A DNA stretch of 32,000 nt, from contig NC_002677.1 of assembly GCF_000195855.1 (NCBI RefSeq), positions 1,860,001 through 1,892,000 on the forward strand, given 5' to 3'. The position numbers were made by a program, and so were the translations under genes. Source of the stretch: Mycobacterium leprae TN (lineage in GTDB: Bacteria; Actinomycetota; Actinomycetes; Mycobacteriales; Mycobacteriaceae). The stretch's first letter is position 1, and each line of letters starts with the position of its first letter. Positions 24,610 to 32,000 of this stretch are shown in pieces. The notes below the pieces were generated by a model. The model did not search any database. It was not told the DNA's origin and saw only the letters and a list, made by a program, of their open reading frames with translations.

Positions 24610-25111
24610 CTGATCAGCCCAGTCGCCAGTTCCAACTACGCTTGTGGTGAAAATTCCATCTAGACAATAGCTTTCATGATTTCAATAGCGGGATCGCGCA
24701 TACCACACAGTCGCGGTCTTCGTGGATCACCAACGTCACCGTGTCGCCGCACGTCTCCCCAATTCGATCGGTCAGCTGGGATCCGCCCGACGGCGGCCAA
24801 TTCAACCTTGCGGCCACGGGCGCGGCGAAAGTGTTTCTCGCTGGTAAACGGTCGCCCCATACCGAGCGAACTGACCTCTAGGAAGTAGCGGTCCACGATA
24901 TTATCCAGGCCGTCCAATAAAGCCGATACCGAATGTGACAGAGTGGCTATTATGTCCCGAGCGAGGACTGTGTCACCGTCGGCAAGCACCGTAATCCAGA
25001 ACGGTTGGGACCAGGTGTGGATGATCACGTCTTCGACCTCGTAGCCTGCACGGGCGACTCTCCACCAAGCAGCTCGATGACCTGTATCTGCGAAGGTAGC
25101 CCGGTGTTCAC
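24610..25111 (-). pseudogene. rimP: Frameshifted ribosome maturation factor RimP
   Basis: A GTG at 25111 starts VNTGLPSQIQVIELLGG in one frame. GYEVEDVIIHTWSQPFWITVLADGDTVLARDIIATLSHSVSALLDGLD...RYFLEVSSLGMGRPFTSEKHFRRARGRKVEL follows in another, then GSQLTDRIGETCGDTVTLVIHEDRDCVV in a third, then EIMKAIV*MEFSPQA. The track shows only a 122-aa ORF. Confidence 0.8.
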
Positions 25112-25238
25112 GGCGAGTTCCTCATCTTGAGTTGTCGGCGGAATCCAACGAACAACGATACGCCAGGAATCGTGAATCACGATGTGATCGTGTAGTCAAG
25201 ATAAACTCATCACGCCTTAAACCGGTCCCAATGGCAGG

Positions 25239-25775
25239 ATGTTGCTTGTGCCCAGTGCAGTACCCGTCATCAACAGGCGCGGTGTGCTCGCCGGTGGTGC
25301 TACCCTGACTGTGCTCGGAGTGTGTTTCTCCGCCTGCAGTAAGTCCCCGTCCAAGACCCCAGAGATCGAAGAGCTACTAGGTCCATTGGACCAGGCCAGA
25401 CACGATAGTGCGCTGGCTTCCGCCGCCGCGGCTGCCATCGGCAACCTGCCGCAAATCACTGCAGCGCTGGCTGTGGTCGCCACCCAACGCGCCGCGCATG
25501 CCCGAGCACTGGTCACCGAGATCTCTCGGGCCACCGGCAAGCTCGCCTCCTCCTCAAGCGACACAACCAGCCCCGGCCTCAGCCCAGCTAGTCCGCCGTC
25601 GAAGCCACCGCCACCGGTATCCGACGTGATCGATGCACTGCGCACATCAGCGGAGGGTGCTGGTCGCCTAGTCTCCACCGCATCGGGATACCGGGCCGGC
25701 CTGCTCGCCTCTATAGCCGCTTCCTGCACAGCGTCCTACACGGTTGCGCTCGTGTCTGGAGGTCCATCGATATGA
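25239..25775 (+). CDS. Alanine-rich exported protein (Rv2843-like), putative Tat/lipoprotein-type signal
   Basis: 178-aa ORF with N-terminal VINRRGVLAGGATLTVLGVCFSAC. It overlaps the next gene by 4 nt (25772-25775). A later internal start is possible. Confidence 0.8.
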   Translation: MLLVPSAVPVINRRGVLAGGATLTVLGVCFSACSKSPSKTPEIEELLGPLDQARHDSALASAAAAAIGNLPQITAALAVVATQRAAHARALVTEISRATGKLASSSSDTTSPGLSPASPPSKPPPPVSDVIDALRTSAEGAGRLVSTASGYRAGLLASIAASCTASYTVALVSGGPSI

Positions 25776-26269
25776 CATCCATTGAGCCCAGCGCACCAAC
25801 CCCGGTCGCCACACCCAAACGGACCCCGGTTAGTCAGGATTCCGACAACGCTGGGCTGAGTGAGGCGCTTGTCGTCGAACACTCGACCATTTATGGCTAC
25901 GGCATCGTGTTAGCGTTGTCGCCCCCGAATGCCAACAGCCTGGTAGTGGACGCCCTTATCCAGCATCGCCAACGGCGCGACGATATCATCGTGATGCTGA
26001 CCGCACGCCGAGTCAGTCCTCCAGTCGCAGCGTCCGGCTACCAGCTGCCCATGCTGGTCGGCAGCGCGGCCGATGCGGCACGCCTGGCCGTGCGGATGGA
26101 AAACGACGGAGCGACAGCCTGGCGAGCCGTCGCCGAACACGCCGAGACGGCCGATGACCGCACGTTCGCCGCGATGGCCCTAGCCCAAAGCGCAGTCATG
26201 GCCGCCCGATGGAACAAAATGCTGGGCGCCTGGCCCATCACCACCACCTTCCCTGGCAGCAACGAATAG
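25772..26269 (+). CDS. DUF4439 ferritin-like domain protein (Rv2844-like)
   Basis: 165-aa ORF ALVVEHSTIYGYGIVLALSPPNANSLVVDALIQHRQRRDDIIVMLTAR...AVAEHAETADDRTFAAMALAQSAVMAARWNKMLGAWPITTTFPG. It has 4-nt coupling to the preceding gene. Confidence 0.85.
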   Translation: MTSIEPSAPTPVATPKRTPVSQDSDNAGLSEALVVEHSTIYGYGIVLALSPPNANSLVVDALIQHRQRRDDIIVMLTARRVSPPVAASGYQLPMLVGSAADAARLAVRMENDGATAWRAVAEHAETADDRTFAAMALAQSAVMAARWNKMLGAWPITTTFPGSNE

Positions 26270-26293
26270 CGCGGGTAGCACCCCGACGACGGC

Positions 26294-27898
26294 CTACAGT
26301 TCGCCGGCGTCGACCGCTTCCTTGACCTCCTGCGCGTAGGCCACCTGCTCGGGGGTGTACCCGATGAACAGCGCCGCCACGCCGACGATGACGACCGCTC
26401 CGGCCACCCACAGCAGGCCGTAGGTGTAGCCGTGATCAAGTGCACGCAACTGCGCGTCGTTCATAAACTTCACTGGGCCGGTGGTACCGCCCAGGTACAG
26501 CGTGCGCGAGGTGATGACCGCTTGGATGACAGCCAGCACGAGTGGCCCGCCGAGGCTCTGCAGCATTAGCGCAATCGCGGACACCGGGCCGATCCGATCG
26601 AAACCTACCCCGGCGATAGCAGACAACGTCAGCGGGACGACGGCCATGCCGATGCCGATTCCACCAACGACGATGGGTGCTAACAGGTTGGGAAAATAGG
26701 GAACGCCGCGGTTCATGAACGCCCAACCGTACAGCATAGCGACCATGAGCAGCCATCCACCACCTATCGTCAATACCCGTGGCGAAAACCGAGACACCAA
26801 CTGTGAAGACACGCCCAGGCCGATTCCCATCGCGATGACGAACGGGATAAAGCCGATGCCAGCGCGTAGCGCGCTGTAGCCCAAGATGTCCTGTATGTAT
26901 AGGCCGATGGATACAGTCAAGCTGAAAATGACGCCACCGGCCAGGAAAATCGCGATGAAGGTGACCAGCCGATTACGGTCCCGGAACAGGTCAAACGGTA
27001 CGACAGGATTTTCAGCAGTACGTTCCACGACGGCAAATGCGATAGCGGCTACCAATGCCACCAAGCCCGAACCGATCGTGGTCAGCGAAATCCAACCCTT
27101 CTCCGGTCCCATCGAGAAGGCGAAAACGGCCGCGGTGCAAGCCAGCGTGGCCAGAATGGCCCCAGCCGCGTCCAGCTTCATCCGCTCCTTGTGGGTCTCA
27201 TGCAAAGCGGTGCGGGCCAGGTAGATCATCACCAACCCAATCGGCACGTTCACTAAAAACGCCAGTCGCCACGACACCTCGGTAAGCGCCCCGCCGACCA
27301 CGAGGCCCATCACCGAGCCGATTGCCGTCATCGCGGCGAACACCGCCGTAGCGGTATTGCGCGCTGAGCCCTTAGAGAAGGTGGTTGCAACCAGTGCGAG
27401 ACCGGTCGGTGATGCGATAGCCGACCCGATGCCCTGCAATAGTCGAGCAATGACCAAGGTCACTTCGTCCCAGGCCACAGCGCAAAGCACCGAGGAAATA
27501 GTAAACAGCGCGACGCCGACGATGAACGTGCGCTTGCGCCCGATGGTGTCGCCGAGGCGGCCACCGAGCAACATCAGCCCGCCGAATGTCAGCACGTAGG
27601 CAGTAATCCCCCAACTACGGCCGGCGTCGGACAGGCTCAGCTCGTTTTGAATCTTGGGAAGCGCGACGATGGCGACGGTGCTGTCCATGGTCGCCAATAG
27701 CTGCATGCCACCGATCACGATGACCGCTGCAATGAAACGACCAGAAGGGAAACGACCAGAAGGCAGCAACGTCGGGTACTTGCTTGTGCGTTCTGAGGCG
27801 GGCTCCACCTGCTGCGTCAGTCGCGACGGGGCCGGACGATCCGATCGTGCAGCTGTCCAGTTGTGGACTGCCCGCTCATGGTCGTAAAGAGTCACCAT
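26294..27898 (-). CDS. efpA: MFS efflux transporter EfpA
   Basis: 534-aa ORF with DHA2/EfpA signatures TMDSTVAIVALPKIQNELSLSDAGRSWGITAYVLTFGGLMLLGGRLGDTIGRKRTFIVGV. C-terminus EQVAYAQEVKEAVDAGEL. Confidence 0.96.
   Translation of the reverse strand: MVTLYDHERAVHNWTAARSDRPAPSRLTQQVEPASERTSKYPTLLPSGRFPSGRFIAAVIVIGGMQLLATMDSTVAIVALPKIQNELSLSDAGRSWGITAYVLTFGGLMLLGGRLGDTIGRKRTFIVGVALFTISSVLCAVAWDEVTLVIARLLQGIGSAIASPTGLALVATTFSKGSARNTATAVFAAMTAIGSVMGLVVGGALTEVSWRLAFLVNVPIGLVMIYLARTALHETHKERMKLDAAGAILATLACTAAVFAFSMGPEKGWISLTTIGSGLVALVAAIAFAVVERTAENPVVPFDLFRDRNRLVTFIAIFLAGGVIFSLTVSIGLYIQDILGYSALRAGIGFIPFVIAMGIGLGVSSQLVSRFSPRVLTIGGGWLLMVAMLYGWAFMNRGVPYFPNLLAPIVVGGIGIGMAVVPLTLSAIAGVGFDRIGPVSAIALMLQSLGGPLVLAVIQAVITSRTLYLGGTTGPVKFMNDAQLRALDHGYTYGLLWVAGAVVIVGVAALFIGYTPEQVAYAQEVKEAVDAGEL
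27734..27763. repeat. 15-bp perfect tandem duplication within efpA (gaaacgaccagaagg x2)
   Basis: The duplication is in frame and gives a duplicated PSGRF-PSGRF in the N-terminal region of EfpA. Confidence 0.9.
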
Positions 27899-27999
27899 AG
27901 CCGGTTACCCTACAGTAATCTTAAGAGAAGTTTAATGGCCGAATGCCGCGACAGCCCAATGACAGTAAGCGCGCGAGGGCAGATCCCTTCTGCACGGAC

Positions 28000-28021
28000 C
28001 TTTTCCGGCCCTTTTCCGGCG
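28000..28021. repeat. 11-bp tandem duplication (ccttttccggc x2) in cysG pseudogene
   Basis: Perfect adjacent copies at 28000-28010 and 28011-28021. Removing one restores TPEKVRAEG. Confidence 0.85.
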
Positions 28022-28352
28022 TGTCGGCAAGGGTAGCCCGCAATGTCTGTTGAACGAGCCGTCGTGCCAATTTGAACTACCAGCACCGGCGCATCCACAG
28101 GTCGGTCGCCCTTGAGCACAGCATCGACGAAAAGTGTGATCCGTTCCACCGGTATCAACAAAAACTATAATACCCGATAATGCAGCCAATGCATTCCAAT
28201 TTCACTAAACCGATTTCGGGATGACTGGGCGCGAGATGCCCGCTGAAGACTACAAATTCGTGATTTATCGCCCGGTGAGTGACCGGAAACGCCGACCAAT
28301 GCGGGCACCACTATGGCACTGGTCACACCGGGCACCACAGTCACCGAGACTT

Positions 28353-28368
28353 CCTCATAACCTCATAA
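28353..28368. repeat. 8-bp tandem duplication (cctcataa x2) in cysG pseudogene
   Basis: Perfect adjacent copies. Removing one restores the FARGYEEV reading on the minus strand. Confidence 0.75.
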
Positions 28369-29179
28369 CCGCGAGCGAAGACAGGGTGCCTTTGAGGCGG
28401 ACCACAAAACGCCCGGATCGGACCCGTTCGATCATGACGTCATTGATTGCTTCCTGGGCCATGGCTCGGCCGTACGAAATATTTGGCAGTATCTATAACT
28501 TAACACGTACAGGGCGACAGCTCGGCGAGCAATTCGGGCGGAGCAAGTCGATCAGTGACCACAAAATCGGACCCGGGTCAATAAACGGCGGCCAAGCACG
28601 ATGATCAACTCAGGGATAACCAGGACCACTGCCGACCCAACGTGCACGACGTCGGCGGAGCCTGCAAAGTCTTCGAGGGAAAGCAGGCGTCGTTTGCACA
28701 CCTCAGCGAATGGCCGACCGGATCGCTACCGACCGACGGTGCTCGCCACCAACCGAAAAATCTACCGACAACCTCACGTAGCTGAACGACACCCGCGTCA
28801 CCGCGGTCCCTTCGACAGCAATATCGGCGTGGAAGCAAAAGATTCGACAACGATCGATCTCAGCGACCACCGCCTCATTCACCTGTACGTCACCGAGTAG
28901 CCGCGATCGCGGACCAGGCGTCGTCAAGGGAGCCATCGCGGTATTCCCGCGCCGACAATAGTGATTCCGTTCATTGCCTTGACGGCGTGATCGCGGTACG
29001 GGAAATGATGTGCATGTCGGCGCCGCTGGTGATGAGCAAAGGTAACTGGCGCTGAGCAATCGTGCCTCCACCGATCACCACCTTCCTTACCTGCCAGCCG
29101 CAACCCTGCCAGGTAAGCGTTCTCAGTCACCTACCAAAGCTTAAGATCCGGGGTTGATCGCCAACCTTTCCAGCAACGT

Positions 29180-30550
29180 TACTTTCGATTAGCGACAGTG
29201 TGTGCAAAAAACCGCTCCACCACGGCCAGCGTAGCAACCGGATGGGTGTTCAGATACGAGGCGTGCATGCCGGAGTCCACGACGTCAGCATGCAAAGTGC
29301 CGTACTCACCGCCTACATCGCGAGTCCAAAAAACCCACGCTAGCCTAGCTATCGACAAATGTGACTGCAATTCGGTGAAATTCATCTCCAATCACTCGCT
29401 GAACAACCTAATACAGCGCCGATTAGGCCACCGCCACGGCGTGGCCGTATACCAATTGCAGGCGCCGAGTGAACTACGCCGATCCGGTCAACACACCGCA
29501 CATCAGGTGTCCGTCAAGGTCGAAGACCATGTAGATATAGATCAGCCCCGCGCATCCGGCATGCACCAGTGTGCCAACGATCGCCAGTGCCTTTATTTTA
29601 GCGACGGCCGACATCGTTGGCAGCAAGCTACGCAGTGAATTATTCGGGATCCCGCCGTGCCAGCAGCACCGCGTCCATGCTGTCCTGCAACGAATCACTG
29701 AGCGGATCGAATTCGACCACTTCAACGCCAGTAGCCCGCAACAATTCGGCGTGCTCTGGGTAGCCGAAATTGAATACCTTCCCGTTGCCATTGCCACGAT
29801 GGCGCACCCGCCGATCTCAGCACCACGCCCAACAACCTTGCCGCCGATCAGCAGCCCAGCACCTGGCGGCGGCAAACACAGCGACCAAGACCGTCATTTC
29901 CTCGACCGCGACGTACGCATGACGCTCGTACTCTGCGATGGTTTCATGACACAGATGTCTTGTCGGCAGCTCTAATTCAGTAAAAAGCAGAGTGGTGCCC
30001 AGCACCGCGACACCGACCTGCTCAGATGCCTGTCGCAGCACCTGCTCGTGGCCTGGCCGACTCAATACCGATTTAGAATCACACTGGCAAGCCTGGTTAG
30101 CATTATTTAACGTGGACAAGCCTTGCAGGAAAGCAGCAATGCTGTGGCTCTGGCCGCACCCATCGATCACCAGGATAACCAGGGCACCCAGCAGACCGAT
30201 TACGTGTGCAGTGGACCCCCGGAAGCATTGTGTTAGCCGCAGCGTACGCCGCGGCTAACACAATGCTTCCGTAGAACAAAACCATCACACTTTCGATCAC
30301 AACGATGTAAGCGCCAGCAGCGCTGTGCGCATACAACGGGACAATGAACTGCTCATCCACCAATACCGGGACCAGCATTGTGGCCGAGGCGGGACGCGGC
30401 CACAGTGTGGTAGCCAATCCAAACCCACCTCAAACGGCGCGACAATATGACCTGTCTTCCGCAGTGTTCCGATCAAAACCGTTGCAACCGTGATATCTCC
30501 ACTGCCTAATGCGGGGAGGCGACAACCACCTCCGGTACTGGCGCCGCTTT
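29180..30550 (-). pseudogene. cobB: Decayed cobyrinic acid a,c-diamide synthase (cobB, Rv2848c-like)
   Basis: Pieces: PEVVVASP, GDITVATVLIGTLRKTGHIVAPFEVGLD, PVLVDEQFIVPLYAHSAAGAYIVVIESVMVLF, GVHCTR, GQSHSIAAFLQGLSTLN and GHEQVLRQASEQVGVAVLGT...ELELPTRHL. C-terminal GMHASYLNTHPVATLAVVERFFAHT. The frame is broken. Confidence 0.88.
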
Positions 30551-30554
30551 GTGA

Positions 30555-31130
30555 CCCAATGCCACAAACGTCCTGCTTCCATCCGGTTTTTCACTTTAGG
30601 TAATCCCGGTCGCTAAATCAGCAGACTCGACAAACAGTGGCGGAACATCACGTGCGATGATCACCACATGCTGCTGACCAGGCCAGACCAACAAAACGTC
30701 CACCACATCGTCTACGTCGACCCAACCCCAGTTCAGCAGATAGGTGGACTCAATCCCAGCCCATAGAAACCATTGCTTTGTCAAGCCATCCGTTGCGGCC
30801 TCCGCGTGATCGCGGTCGCTGCCCGCCTTGCACAACGTACGCGTCCAGAACCGGCCGGCACTCAATTTTATGCCATTCGACGGCCCCATCGACCCCGTTC
30901 TGGTCGTGCAACTGATCAAACTGACGAAAAGCCGGCTCTTCACTGACTTTTCCCTTGACGCTCTTAACGAACTGGAAGACAACGAAGTCCAGTCCACTAT
31001 ATCTAGGAACACAAGAACATTCCAAACACTGCCGTCGATTTGTCCCTTGCCCGCACCGGTATGGATGCTAGTATGAATGTGTTGCACCGAGCACGGAGCC
31101 GATATTATCGCCGGTTGCTTGGAGCCCATA
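30555..31130 (-). pseudogene. cobO: Decayed cob(I)alamin adenosyltransferase (cobO, Rv2849c-like)
   Basis: Minus strand: IHTGAGKGQ (frame 1); VVFQFVKSVKGKVSEEPAFRQFDQLHDQNGVDGAVEWHKI (frame 2); LLNWGWVDVDDVVDVLLVWPGQQHVVIIARDVPPLFVESADLATGIT (frame 1). Confidence 0.9.
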
Positions 31131-32000
31131 CCCCTGTGAAATAAGCGTTTACCGACTTCGGTCACCCTGCGCACAACGTACATCAGAATAATAAAAGCAT
31201 TTAGTTGTTCGAGCAGCACCGTCGGTGCCTCGAGTTGGCAGGCCAGTTGGCCAGCCAGCTCCAGCCGCATATACGACGTCTCGCAGTCCACTACCACGGA
31301 CGCATCCTCAGCTGCCAGCTGGTACGCCGTGATTCGACTGCGGACCAACGTGTCTGGCCCTAAAGCAGCCCAACCGTTGGTGAGTACGACGTTGTCCCCG
31401 TTCACACACCTTTCCCATATAACCAACTCACGCAACGCCAACAGACCTTTAGCGAGCGCTATTTTGCCGCCTGTGTCAAGTTGGGCTAGCCGGAGTACAG
31501 GAGATATACACTGACAATGTCAGCGGAGGAAGCAATTTCGCTTAGTGCTGACCGAAGGTGATCACCTCGACCGTGTAGCACCTTTGGTAGACGTCGCGCA
31601 GCAGCTACAGGGTGGCTCCGCTGACCACGGCCATGCGACTCCGGGCAGCCATCGAGCATGAAGCGTAGACAACGAAGATCACCCAGTTTGCCCTCGCGAC
31701 CCTGACGGATGGCACGGCGTACGTCGCCTGGCTCCGACCGCAGCGGCCCACTCCGGTGGCGAAAAGCAAAGTGGCGAGCATGTAAACCGTGAGCGTCGAC
31801 GTCACACGACACGTTCACGTACACGTCGAGGACGAACCGATCCAGCAGTTCCGGACACAGTTGACTCTCCTCCGGATTCATCATGCCGATCAACACGAAA
31901 CGATCCTCATGCGAGTAGGAGATGCCGTCACGCTCGATGTGTACTCATCCCATCGCCGCAGCGTAGAAAAGCACGTCAACCAGATGATCGTGGAGCAGGT
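31130..32000 (-). pseudogene. Decayed Mg-chelatase/AAA+ and vWA protein (Rv2850c-like), running off the window edge
   Basis: Minus strand: [55 protein letters not shown] (AAA+ Mg-chelatase core). After an apparent internal deletion it continues with VVVDCETSYMRLELAGQLACQLEAPTVLLEQLNA (vWA-type C-terminus). Confidence 0.85.

Larger units (their letters stand above)
27955..29130 (-). pseudogene. cysG: Decayed multifunctional siroheme synthase / uroporphyrinogen methyltransferase (cysG, Rv2847c-like)
   Basis: Pieces on minus strand: MTENAYLAGLRLAGK, VNEAVVAEIDRCRIFCFHADIAVEGTAVTRVSFSYVRLSV...GGEHRRSVAIRSAIR, PYGRAMAQEAINDVMIERVRSGRFVVRLKG, PVFARGYEV, VSVTVVPGVTSAI, LIPVERITLFVDAVLKGDRPVDAPVLVVQIGTTA and EKVRAEGICPRALTVIG. 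There are multiple frameshifts. Confidence 0.9.

Noticed and set aside
26436-27887. ORFs opposite or shifted within efpA
   Set aside because: Same shadow-ORF explanation. EfpA itself is convincing along its whole length.
28221-28604. 127-aa plus-strand ORF
   Set aside because: It is the antisense of a cysG remnant. The minus strand carries the recognisable AMAQEAINDVMIERVRSGRFVVRLKG segment.

Overview
The window looks like a Mycobacterium leprae-type genome (reductively evolved mycobacterium). Intact genes alternate with long stretches of decayed genes. The supported intact genes are: ESX-5 eccC5 and eccB5 (-); truB, pptT and a metallophosphoesterase, in a 4-nt-overlapping chain (-); a eukaryal/archaeal-type prolyl-tRNA synthetase proS (+); rbfA, infB, ylxR-like and nusA (-); an Rv2843/Rv2844-like pair (+); and efpA (-). 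Pseudogenes recognisable by residual protein similarity are: an Rv1786-like ferredoxin, cyp143, malQ, an Rv2800-like hydrolase, echA16, nrnA (Rv2837c-like), rimP, cysG, cobB, cobO and a Mg-chelatase-like Rv2850c homologue. The strongest observation is the proS locus. The only ProRS present is of the eukaryal/archaeal type and sits in a decayed region. The position where M. tuberculosis carries its bacterial-type proS (between Rv2844 and efpA) is reduced to 24 bp. Secondary observations are a synteny breakpoint between malQ and truB, several short tandem duplications (8-13 bp) that frameshift pseudogenes, a related 15-bp in-frame duplication in efpA, and wholesale decay of the cysG-cobB-cobO-Rv2850c block. 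I found no CRISPR array, prophage or new defence-like system. Ortholog assignments are from memory of mycobacterial proteins, not from a database search.
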